A stretch of 35,873 bases of DNA, from the NCBI GenBank assembly GCA_903953615.1, contig CAJBKH010000027.1, positions 1 through 35,873 of the forward strand, written 5' to 3'. Below the pieces are notes generated by a model. That model saw only the letters and a list, made by a program, of their open reading frames with translations. It did not search any database and was not told the origin of the DNA. Position numbers and translations under genes: made by a program. The stretch comes from an uncultured Bacteroidota bacterium. GTDB taxonomy: Bacteria; Bacteroidota; Bacteroidia; NS11-12g; UBA955. Of this stretch, positions 27,897 through 35,743 are shown in pieces; within the stretch, counting starts at the first letter, position 1; every line of letters begins with the position of its first letter.

Positions 27897-28145
27897 GATT
27901 AAATTCTTTCTTTTTAAATTTAGGATGCGAAACTACAAATAAATTAGATTATAGCCAAAGCAGAACTTCATAAAGAAAATAAGACCCAGATTGTACCGTT
28001 TTCGAGATTCAACAACTTTCAACATTCTCATTCAATTATATTTTCAATGAAATAAAGATTGATGTAAAACAAGAGGTTAGCCTCAAATGTCTTCAATTTC
28101 ATAACTCTTTGCATGAACCTATCCTTCTTTTATAGCAAGCCTTTT

Positions 28146-28173
28146 CTTACTTTTTGTTTGGGCAAAAAGTAAG
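28146..28173. repeat. Perfect 11-bp inverted repeat (hairpin)
   Basis: CTTACTTTTTG-TTTGGG-CAAAAAGTAAG. Confidence 0.8.
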
Positions 28174-28184
28174 CAAAAAGCCCA

Positions 28185-28267
28185 CCACGAATGAGAAATT
28201 TCTATTTTTCTTCTCGCGCAGGCTCGCCCTTCATCGCTGAAAAATAGAAATTTCACACCATTCGTGG
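28185..28267. repeat. Long imperfect inverted repeat (8 + 15 bp arms, 30-nt GC-rich loop)
   Basis: CCACGAAT/ATTCGTGG and GAAATTTCTATTTTT/AAAAATAGAAATTTC pair around CTTCTCGCGCAGGCTCGCCCTTCATCGCTG. It lies in the 476-bp divergent sucC/LolD-like intergenic region. Confidence 0.8.
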
Positions 28268-28351
28268 ACTCAACCCGCAGCTCCGTTATTTTAACTAAAG
28301 TTGCAGGTATGTAATGACTAATTAATTTCTACATGAGATTTTTAACACGCT

Positions 28352-28359
28352 TAATTTTG
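28352..28359 (+). promoter_or_regulatory. Candidate -7 promoter box (TAnnTTTG)
   Basis: Exact TAATTTTG lies 13 nt upstream of the ATG at 28373. Confidence 0.4.
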
Positions 28360-28372
28360 AATTGTATAAAAT

Positions 28373-29044
28373 ATGAACCATTTTCGCAGAACAATGATTA
28401 TAGCGAAAGGGATTACCAAACAATATGGCGAATTGCAAGTGTTAAAGGGTATCGACCTTACGATTCAAGACCAAGAAATTGTTTCGATAGTGGGCGATTC
28501 GGGTGCTGGTAAAACCACTTTACTACAAATTTTGGGCACCTTAGACTCGGCCACCTCGGGAATTTTACATTATGACGACATTGAAATCAGTCAGCTAAAA
28601 TCAAAAGCCTTGGCCGATTTTAGAAATAAAAACATAGGTTTTATTTTTCAGTTTCATCAATTATTACCCGAATTCACTTGTCTCGAAAATGTTTGCATGC
28701 CAGCCTTCATTGCCAAAACAAAAAAGAGTGAAGCCGAAAAAAAAGCCAAAGAATTGCTCGACTACCTCAACCTTTCGCACCGCTATCAGCATAAACCCAA
28801 TGAACTTTCGGGGGGTGAACAACAGCGTTGCGCTGTAGCCCGTGCTTTAATGAATTCACCTAAAGTAATTTTTGCCGACGAACCAAGTGGTAACCTCGAC
28901 AGTAAAAATGCACATGAACTGCATCAACTATTCTTCAATCTAAGAAAAGACTTTGGTTACAGTTTCGTCATCGTTACCCACAACGAAGAATTTGCCGATA
29001 TGGCCGATAGGAAGTTGGTGATGAAGGATGGGGTGATACTTTAA
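28373..29044 (+). CDS. ABC transporter ATP-binding protein, LolD/MacB-ATPase-like
   Basis: Walker A (GDSGAGKTT), ABC signature (LSGGEQQR) and Walker B ([12 protein letters not shown]). Confidence 0.85.
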   Translation: MNHFRRTMIIAKGITKQYGELQVLKGIDLTIQDQEIVSIVGDSGAGKTTLLQILGTLDSATSGILHYDDIEISQLKSKALADFRNKNIGFIFQFHQLLPEFTCLENVCMPAFIAKTKKSEAEKKAKELLDYLNLSHRYQHKPNELSGGEQQRCAVARALMNSPKVIFADEPSGNLDSKNAHELHQLFFNLRKDFGYSFVIVTHNEEFADMADRKLVMKDGVIL

Positions 29045-29049
29045 TTTGA

Positions 29050-29238
29050 TGATGTGCTAATTTGATAATGGGGCTTTGTTGTTATGTCAATGGCTAGATA
29101 TCACGCTCAATACTTTTTATATCCTATAGAACTCAGCTATTTTGCAGTTTTTTTATTTTTAAATTGATTGATTGATTTAAGAAAAGATTAATTTTTTGCT
29201 TTACACTGTCAATTTTTGAATTATTTAAACGATTTTCT
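29050..29238 (-). pseudogene. Possible decayed RelE/ParE-type toxin remnant downstream of the antitoxin
   Basis: No intact ORF is present. Minus-strand fragments in two frames read (L)KKIV*, KIDSVKQKINLFLNQSINLKIKKLQNS*, and CKIAEFYRI*KVLSVISSH*HNNK. They loosely follow the RelE order (..KxL..kI...L..., KKL, YRIIY, V..I.HR). The first fragment overlaps the antitoxin stop as TTGA. Confidence 0.3.
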
Positions 29239-29421
29239 TCAAAGTCTCTGCTTCAAATAATCCTTGAAACCTATGCTACGACCTTTCATTGCTTTCGCAT
29301 TATCATAAAGCTTAATATCTTCTATGTCTTCTAATTCCTGAATCATTTTATTATAAACCTTAACAGGAAGCACCACTCCTATTTTAGCACCCTTACGAAT
29401 TAAAATGTATTGTGTAGACAT
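29239..29421 (-). CDS. Short Phd/YefM/RelB-like type II antitoxin candidate
   Basis: A 60-aa protein. GAKIGVVLPVKVYNKMIQELEDIEDIKLYDNAKA matches the ..aVl.s.eeYe.l.e.lEDlED......A core of Phd/YefM-type antitoxins. Confidence 0.55.
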   Translation of the reverse strand: MSTQYILIRKGAKIGVVLPVKVYNKMIQELEDIEDIKLYDNAKAMKGRSIGFKDYLKQRL

Positions 29422-29451
29422 TTAAAAAATATTTTAAACAAAGATAAAAAA

Positions 29452-29459
29452 CAAATTTA
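29452..29459 (-). promoter_or_regulatory. Candidate -7 promoter box upstream of the antitoxin
   Basis: The minus strand reads TAAATTTG, 30 nt upstream of the ATG at 29421. It is embedded in an ATTTAAAA direct repeat. Confidence 0.35.
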
Positions 29460-29530
29460 AAAATTTAAAACCACGAAGTGTCATTCATGCAATTAAAAAA
29501 CAATTAACATCATTAATAATATTAAAATGC

Positions 29531-31354
29531 TTAAGGTTTGTCCAAAGCTTCGACAATCAATTTATTTTTGTCGTAGACATCGAAAATAAAACGCGGTTCA
29601 CCAGCCTCGTTGAAGACAATGGTTTTATAATCGAAGAAGACCACCATTTTATTTTCTAAGCGAATCGGATAAGTGCCCTTAACAATTTTCTTATAACTGG
29701 TAGTATCCTCTCTCCATTTGCGGGCACGTGCAGTATCGTTTACAGGCGCTCTACCTACTTTAATCAACATGTCATCGTAGGTTAATTTTTGATTGTTTTG
29801 CAAAATAAAACCGGCTAAATCAATGGGATTTTCTACCCTCACACAACCATGACTCACAGCCCTATTATTCAATTTGAATTTACCTTTTAATGGAGTGTCG
29901 TGCAAGTATACTGAGAAAGGATTTTTAAAAGTGAATTTTATTTTCCCCAATGAATTATCATCACCCGCATCCTGACGAATGGTATAAGGAATATTGCCTG
30001 GCGCATAACTTTTCCATTTTATGTTATAGGGATTCACTGGTACATTTTTATCGAATACCTGAAACCCATTGCGAATTAAATAACCGGGATCGCGCACAAT
30101 TTTGCTGTACATTTCTCTACCTACAATACTGCTTGGCACTGTCCATGTTGGATTGAGAATCACATAATCAATGGTCGAATAAATCTGCGGTGTTTCATGG
30201 TTCTGTGGCTTATCCGAATACTTACCCGTTTTGGTATAACGCTGTAATTTCTGTTCAAAATATTTTTCTTTACCCTCGCCTATGCAAACCTTTACTGGCA
30301 ATAAACTGTCTTGGTATATGGCCATCAAACTATCTGTGTAGACCAAGTACAACATAAACTCTGGAATGTTTACCATCACATAAGGCTTTGGCGGTGCATC
30401 GCTAAACCAACGGATGCGCTCTATGTTGGCGCGTATTTCATTCAGCTTATCATTCTTCGAAGCGTTTAATAATTTCAAAGTCGACTTGCCAATAATACCA
30501 TCGTCGGTAACATTGCTGATGCGCTGAAATTCCTTAATGTATTTCGCTGTTATTTTTTTGTAAATAAAAGAGGAATCTGTTTTATGAATTAAGCTATCGG
30601 GAGCCATACCCAACTCTACCATTCTGCGGGCCAACAATGGCGCAATGTAAGTGGTATCACCTGGCTTCACTTTACGTATCCCTGCGGTATCAATAAATGT
30701 CTCGCTGCCCTCTGTTTCTCCAAATCGCATGGCTAGTAAATTTTTCAATTTCCAATAATCAGGATGGGCCGGATAATAATGGACTACTTTTGGAATAATA
30801 GAATCGGTGTTTAAAACTGAAAACAAATTCAATGCTTTGTTCGGATAAGGCAAGGTGTATTTAGCGCCCAATACTTCTTGCGGATTGGTGCGACCGAGGA
30901 CCTTGTCATGCCACAACAACAAAATACTGTTGCTTAATTTTAATTCTAACAAGGCTAAGTCATTGTATAAATTTGTTGACCTTATTTTTTTTATTTTTTC
31001 GAGTCTATCTTTTAATTCTGCACAGTCGTAATGACTGGCTTTCAAGCCTTCGAAAGGCACACTATCGTATAGTGTATTGAGTGATAACCGAAACAAAGAA
31101 TCCTTGGCTTTCTCTAACCACACATATTCATATTCGCGCTGCTTGTAAAATGTTTTTAAGGTATCGTAATAGTGTGTTTTATTGGTATCTTTTGCAAGAG
31201 AATCTAAAACTTGCGTCATTGCAATTACAAGCTTTTCTGGTTCAAAATTTTCAAATGGTGTAGGATTCTTAATCTTCTTAGCAGTAGGATCGCATGCTAC
31301 AATTTGAGCTAACACTACTAGCACAAGTAGGTAGAATGATTTGCACATTTTCAT
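29531..31354 (-). CDS. L,D-transpeptidase family lipoprotein with a peptidoglycan-binding domain
   Basis: Lipobox (LAQIVAC), a PG_binding_1-like segment (IKEFQRISNVTDDGIIGKSTLKLLN) and the YkuD catalytic motif (SHGCVRVENP). Confidence 0.85.
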   Translation of the reverse strand: MKMCKSFYLLVLVVLAQIVACDPTAKKIKNPTPFENFEPEKLVIAMTQVLDSLAKDTNKTHYYDTLKTFYKQREYEYVWLEKAKDSLFRLSLNTLYDSVPFEGLKASHYDCAELKDRLEKIKKIRSTNLYNDLALLELKLSNSILLLWHDKVLGRTNPQEVLGAKYTLPYPNKALNLFSVLNTDSIIPKVVHYYPAHPDYWKLKNLLAMRFGETEGSETFIDTAGIRKVKPGDTTYIAPLLARRMVELGMAPDSLIHKTDSSFIYKKITAKYIKEFQRISNVTDDGIIGKSTLKLLNASKNDKLNEIRANIERIRWFSDAPPKPYVMVNIPEFMLYLVYTDSLMAIYQDSLLPVKVCIGEGKEKYFEQKLQRYTKTGKYSDKPQNHETPQIYSTIDYVILNPTWTVPSSIVGREMYSKIVRDPGYLIRNGFQVFDKNVPVNPYNIKWKSYAPGNIPYTIRQDAGDDNSLGKIKFTFKNPFSVYLHDTPLKGKFKLNNRAVSHGCVRVENPIDLAGFILQNNQKLTYDDMLIKVGRAPVNDTARARKWREDTTSYKKIVKGTYPIRLENKMVVFFDYKTIVFNEAGEPRFIFDVYDKNKLIVEALDKP

Positions 31355-31435
31355 TTATACAATATTCGATGATTTTTATCAAACTATACACACTCTTTTC
31401 GGCAAGGACCAAAATTTTAAGCAGGTGTTTGTTAT

Positions 31436-34279
31436 TTATTGACCGATGGCTTTATATAAGACATCTTGTATGCGGGTGCGGTAATTGCCATTGATTAATT
31501 CTTTGTTTTCTTCATCCGGACAAATGCGATTGCTTAAAAACACAAAGACTAAATTGTATTTTGGATCGGCCCAAGTACACGTACCTGTAAAGCCTGTATG
31601 CCCAAACATGAGCGTGCTACCCATGGTGCTTGCTGGACTGGTTTTGCCGCTAAAATCGGGCTTATCGAAACCTAAGCCTCTGCGACTATCACTGCGTTGA
31701 TAAGCGGTAAATTTAGTAATGGTGGCTTTCGAAATATATTGTTTGCCTTTATACAAACCGCCATCGTTTAACATTTGCATGATGGCACCTAAGTCGACCA
31801 CAGTAGAAAACACGCCAGCATGACCACTTACACCGCCTAACATGGCAGCGCCAGGATCATGCACATAGCCACAAATTTCTTGTTGACGAAACAAACGATC
31901 TTCTTGTGTTGGCGCTATATTGGCTAGGTCATGCGATTTCCATGGCAAGTAACCAATGTGTTGCAAACCCATGGGTGCATAAAAATTATTTTTCACATAT
32001 TCATCTAATGGCATACCACTAATTTTTTCTACCACTAACTGCATCAATATCATACTTAAATCGCTGTAGCGGTAGGTGCGACTTTCTAAAGCCGATGCGA
32101 ACACGCGTTTGTATATGGTATCTTTATTGGCTTTTAACATAAAAAATTTATCGGCGACTTTAATGCAATAGGCTGTATCAGATTTCGAACAATAAATACT
32201 ATCAACAAAAGGCAAGGTCTCTTTGTAAAAAGGAATCCATGCGGTAAGTCCTGCGCGGTGTTGAAGAATATCGGCAATCACTAAATTTTCTTTGTTAGTA
32301 CCTTTGACTTGTGGCAAATAAGTGCCCAGAGTTGCTTCTAAATTCAATTGACCTTCTTCATACAATTTCATAATGGCTAATGTTGTGGCAGCAATTTTTG
32401 TTATTGATGCGATGTCGTAAATCGTGCTATCATTAACCGCTTTTTTCTTGTTGTAATTTAAATAGCCGTAAGACTTATTGAAAATTTCTTTTCCATCTTT
32501 TAATGCCAATACTCTACAACCAGGCGCTCCTTTTTTTTGTATCAATTGTGCTACAATGCCATCAATGCTTTGTAAAGCTTCGTAATTGATGTTTGAAGTT
32601 GAAGCCGTATTTACATTTGGCAAAGTAGTCGTAGTACTTAAATCAATTTTAACAGGTAAAAGACCAGTCGATTTTAAATGACCAAATAAAATTTGTATGG
32701 CTGCTTGGTGGTAATAATCTAAATCTTCATAACCCGCAATCATGGTCGCTTTGCTATTGACATATTGCATGGCATAAGGATTACAAAAACCAATCACAAT
32801 GGTATTTTTCTTAGCCGCTAATAATTGTATCAATCTAAAATCATTGGCCGTATAACCAGCATTCTGTTGACTCCAAACTTTGGGTGAATGCAAACTCACA
32901 ATGACATGGGTCGCATGCTCTACTTTTTTTAACAGGGCTTGTATGTTTTTCTCATTTGTGTTTTTTTCAACTAGCAATACTTCATGTATACCATTTGCTT
33001 TTAAATAAGTCGACCATTGAGAACCCATTGCCTCGCCTATACAAATGGCTACTGTATGTTTTGTAGAATGCAATGGCAACATATTTTTTTGATCCTTAAT
33101 TACAGAAACAGTTTGATTGGCGACTGTTTGCAACAAGGCTTTATTTTCAACGCCTTTTAAATCATTTTCTAAATTATTTAATACGATGGGTTGGTATTGG
33201 TTTAACCCGACATTCTGTTTGTATTTTAAGATTTTTAAAACCCTTTGATCCAATTCTTTCTCAGTAATATCTCCTTCGTTGATGGCGCGTTTTATTCTGC
33301 TGATACCCGCCACTACATTGTCGCTAAAAAGTATCACATCGTTACCAGCTTTGAAGGCTTCTAAATCGGCATCACCTCCTGTATAATATTTGGCGACCCC
33401 TTTCATGTTCATGGCATCGGTAAATACCAAACCTTCGAAATGCATGCGCTGTTTCAACAAGGTATCGATGATAAAAGCTGAGAGCGATGCCGAGCGGTTA
33501 GGGCGGTTGTCCAATTGCGGATAATTAATATGCCCTACCATCATGGCTGCAACACCTTCTTTAATGGCATAATAAAATGGATACAACTCAGCGGTATCTA
33601 TTTGCGACAAGGCCTTATCTACCACTGGTAAATCGTGGTGCGAGTCGACCGCCACATCGCCATGCCCCGGAAAATGTTTTGCACAAGACAATACGCCTTC
33701 GCTCATCATACCTTTGCTGTAAGCCGCACCTAATTGCGCAACGCGGTATTTATTATCGCCAAAAGAACGAAATCCAATTACAGGATTTTTGGGATTGGTA
33801 TTGATATCGACATCGGGCGCAAAATTAATATGTATACCTATGCGCTTGCATTGCAAAGCAATGGCTGCACCCACTTGATACATCAATGAATCGTTGGTAA
33901 GCGCACCCAAGGTTAAGGCATACGGAAACTTTTGAGTATTTTGTAAACGCATGGCCAGTCCCCATTCACCATCAATGCCTATCATTAAAGGCACTGCAGC
34001 TTGGGCTTGGTAGTAGTTGGTAAGATAGGCTTGTTTAAGTGGGTCATTTTGAAAAAAGATTAAACCACCAATGTGGTAATTCAAAATAAGATTGTCTATT
34101 TCGGCTGTATGCACAGCATCGCGATTGCTATAAGCGGCCACCATAAAGAGCTGACCGATTTTTTCATCGCGTGTCATTTTTTTCAACTGGGCGTCATACC
34201 AAAAGTCGGCATCCTGCGCTTTAGTAGATTGAATAAAGAACAGAAAAACAAATGATAAAAAAAGAATTTTAAAACGCAT
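31436..34279 (-). CDS. Fusion protein: GH3 beta-N-acetylhexosaminidase (NagZ-like) N-terminal domain plus beta-lactamase-fold serine hydrolase C-terminal domain
   Basis: Signal peptide MRFKILFLSFVFLFFIQSTKAQ. GH3 motif KHFPGHGD. The C-terminal half has SxxK (ASITK), YSD and HTG motifs. The start is set to the ATG at 34279. Confidence 0.85.
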   Translation of the reverse strand: MRFKILFLSFVFLFFIQSTKAQDADFWYDAQLKKMTRDEKIGQLFMVAAYSNRDAVHTAEIDNLILNYHIGGLIFFQNDPLKQAYLTNYYQAQAAVPLMIGIDGEWGLAMRLQNTQKFPYALTLGALTNDSLMYQVGAAIALQCKRIGIHINFAPDVDINTNPKNPVIGFRSFGDNKYRVAQLGAAYSKGMMSEGVLSCAKHFPGHGDVAVDSHHDLPVVDKALSQIDTAELYPFYYAIKEGVAAMMVGHINYPQLDNRPNRSASLSAFIIDTLLKQRMHFEGLVFTDAMNMKGVAKYYTGGDADLEAFKAGNDVILFSDNVVAGISRIKRAINEGDITEKELDQRVLKILKYKQNVGLNQYQPIVLNNLENDLKGVENKALLQTVANQTVSVIKDQKNMLPLHSTKHTVAICIGEAMGSQWSTYLKANGIHEVLLVEKNTNEKNIQALLKKVEHATHVIVSLHSPKVWSQQNAGYTANDFRLIQLLAAKKNTIVIGFCNPYAMQYVNSKATMIAGYEDLDYYHQAAIQILFGHLKSTGLLPVKIDLSTTTTLPNVNTASTSNINYEALQSIDGIVAQLIQKKGAPGCRVLALKDGKEIFNKSYGYLNYNKKKAVNDSTIYDIASITKIAATTLAIMKLYEEGQLNLEATLGTYLPQVKGTNKENLVIADILQHRAGLTAWIPFYKETLPFVDSIYCSKSDTAYCIKVADKFFMLKANKDTIYKRVFASALESRTYRYSDLSMILMQLVVEKISGMPLDEYVKNNFYAPMGLQHIGYLPWKSHDLANIAPTQEDRLFRQQEICGYVHDPGAAMLGGVSGHAGVFSTVVDLGAIMQMLNDGGLYKGKQYISKATITKFTAYQRSDSRRGLGFDKPDFSGKTSPASTMGSTLMFGHTGFTGTCTWADPKYNLVFVFLSNRICPDEENKELINGNYRTRIQDVLYKAIGQ

Positions 34280-34292
34280 GATGAATAGATTA

Positions 34293-34300
34293 CAAAAATA
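34293..34300 (-). promoter_or_regulatory. Candidate -7 promoter box (TAnnTTTG)
   Basis: The minus strand reads TATTTTTG, 13 nt upstream of the ATG at 34279. Confidence 0.4.
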
Positions 34301-34371
34301 GTGCAATTAATTGGTGGCGGGTAATCACCAATCGAATAGGATACTAACAGTGGAGGGTATACTAGGCAAAC

Positions 34372-34509
34372 GGGGGATTTTACCACATAAGTATGATAAG
34401 GATAAATTATAGTAAGGTCAATGAATATACTTTTTTGGCAGTTTCGAAATTTTGCAGCTACGACTGAGGTTACTTAAGTCAACATAAGTTTTTTTTGCGC
34501 TGCAAAAAA
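34372..34509 (+). repeat. CATAAGT-box element, long form type 2, copy a
   Basis: GGGGGATTTTACCACATAAGTATGATAAGG ... ACTTAAGTCAACATAAGT followed by the hairpin TTTTTTGC-GCT-GCAAAAAA. Confidence 0.85.
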
Positions 34510-34528
34510 TTTCGCTGCGATTAAACTT

Positions 34529-34705
34529 GGGGGATTTTACCACATAAGTATGACAAGGATAAATTATAGTTAGGTCAATGAATATACTTTTTGGGTAGTT
34601 TCGAAATTTTGTAGCTTCGGCTGAGGTTGCTTAAGTGAACATAAGTTCTTTTTTGCAAAGCAAAAAAGAGGCTAAGGGCACATCAGTGATTTTTAGTGAA
34701 TATTT
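34529..34705 (+). repeat. CATAAGT-box element, long form type 2, copy b, with a ~40-nt 3' extension
   Basis: Tandem copy 157 bp after copy a, with about 13 differences. The extension GAGGCTAAGGGCACATCAGTGATTTTTAGTGAATATTTTT is shared with the copy at 35297. Confidence 0.85.
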
Positions 34706-34760
34706 TTTTTTGATTTTTTCAAATCATTTTGCATTTTTGATGAAACTAAAATCTCAATTT

Positions 34761-35174
34761 ATGAAAATTACAAAGTCTTTTTTAAAGGATTTAACCTATC
34801 AATTTAATGCAGCTGCCATAGAGGTACATAAGACTCTTGGACCTGGATTATTAGAAAGCATATATCACCAATCCTTAATTCATGAACTAAAACTTCGGGA
34901 GATCAATTTTGAATCAGAACACATTATACCTGTTACATATAAAGGCAATATACTTGAGTCAAATGTGCGTTGCGATTTCTTGGTTGAAAAATGCATGGTT
35001 GTTGAAATAAAATCAATTGAAGAAATTGCTCCAGTTCATGAAGCACAAATTCTTACCTATATGAAACTTCTCAAAACTCCACGAGGACTTTTATTAAACT
35101 TTAATGTGAGAAATTTATTCCACGACGGACAAAAAACCTTTGTTAACGAGTACTTTACCCTCTTAGATGAATAG
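34761..35174 (+). CDS. GxxExxY protein (PD-(D/E)XK nuclease-superfamily-like small protein)
   Basis: The diagnostic motif is GPGLLESIY. The later part (CDFLVEKCMVVEIKSIEEIAPVHEAQILTYMKLLKTPRGLLLNFN) has the family's typical D...E.K core and C-terminal LLNF. The start is trimmed to the ATG at 34761. Confidence 0.85.
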   Translation: MKITKSFLKDLTYQFNAAAIEVHKTLGPGLLESIYHQSLIHELKLREINFESEHIIPVTYKGNILESNVRCDFLVEKCMVVEIKSIEEIAPVHEAQILTYMKLLKTPRGLLLNFNVRNLFHDGQKTFVNEYFTLLDE

Positions 35175-35270
35175 AGACACCTTTACATAACACATGTAAG
35201 TATTCATTTTTGCTCTGTAAGAAATTTAAAGATACCTCTATGGAGTTTTACAAAAATGCGACACTTTTTT

Positions 35271-35467
35271 ACCACACCGCAAAGAAGCCTTTTTTTACCA
35301 CATAAGTGTGATAAGGGTAAATTTTAGCTGGTTAAGTCAAAATACTTTTGGGGCAAAATCAAAATTTTGTCGCTCCGACGGAGGTTAATTAAGTGAACAT
35401 AAGTTCTTTTTTACCATGTAAAAAAGAGGATAAGGGCACATGAGTGATTTTTCAGTGAGTATTTTTA
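35271..35467 (+). repeat. CCACACCGC box plus CATAAGT-box long form type 2, copy c, with the 3' extension
   Basis: ACCACACCGCAAAGAAGCC is followed by ACCACATAAGTGTGATAAGG ... AAGTGAACATAAGT and the hairpin TTTTTTAC-CAT-GTAAAAAA. The extension GAGGATAAGGGCACATGAGTGATTTTTCAGTGAGTATTTTT follows. No ORF follows this copy. Confidence 0.8.
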
Positions 35468-35481
35468 GAATCTTTGGAATC

Positions 35482-35541
35482 TTTTTTTGCAGCGAAAAAA
35501 AAACTTAGATGTGATTAATACTTCGTTGCGGCTCTGTGGCA
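35482..35541 (-). repeat. CATAAGT-box element, short form
   Basis: The minus strand reads GCCACAGAGCCGCAACGAAGTATTAATCACATCTAAGT directly followed by an A/T hairpin (TTTTTTTTTCGCTGCAAAAAAA). The 5' part resembles the start of the element at 3032-3181. Confidence 0.55.
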
Positions 35542-35605
35542 CTGTCCTTCGAAAGTCTTTTTAAAACCACCTACTATTCTCTTTAATTAGTGGCTATCGG
35601 TTTTC

Positions 35606-35733
35606 TTTTTTTGCAAAGCAAAAAAAACTTATGTTCACTTTACAATTGCAGAGCAAAAGCTCCAGGCTTTGAATTAACTAGAATTATTTTCAGAAAAACA
35701 GGCTAAAAAGATTACTTATCTCACTTATGTGGT
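35606..35733 (-). repeat. CATAAGT-box element, long form type 1, copy c (inverted)
   Basis: The minus strand reads ACCACATAAGTGAGATAAGTAATCTTTTTAGCCTGTTTTTCTGAAAA...GCTTTTGCTCTGCAAT...AAGTGAACATAAGT followed by the hairpin TTTTTTGC-TTT-GCAAAAAA. It is collinear with the copies at 2139 and 2738 and begins 10 nt after the enoyl-CoA hydratase stop. Confidence 0.85.
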
Positions 35734-35743
35734 TAAATCTCTC

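Noticed and set aside
27497-27898. Long antisense ORFs inside confident genes. Examples are 27497-27898 within sucC, 23082-23423 and 22758-23018 within rny, 13478-13840 within the radical SAM gene, 537-836 within dapD, and 16441-16794 within gltX.
   Set aside because: They lie wholly inside well-conserved genes on the opposite strand. Their composition is biased (rich in S, L, P and C) with no motifs. They are typical shadow ORFs.
29084-29167. 27-aa hydrophobic plus-strand ORF (MSMARYHAQYFLYPIELSYFAVFLFLN) that could be a type I toxin-like peptide
   Set aside because: It is very short with no supporting promoter, antisense RNA or conservation evidence. It overlaps the region better explained as a decayed RelE/ParE remnant on the other strand.
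34183-34386. 67-aa minus-strand ORF upstream of the GH3 fusion, and a 66-aa plus-strand ORF at 31294-31494
   Set aside because: Both overlap signal-peptide or promoter regions of better-supported genes or overlap repeat sequence. Their composition is low-complexity.
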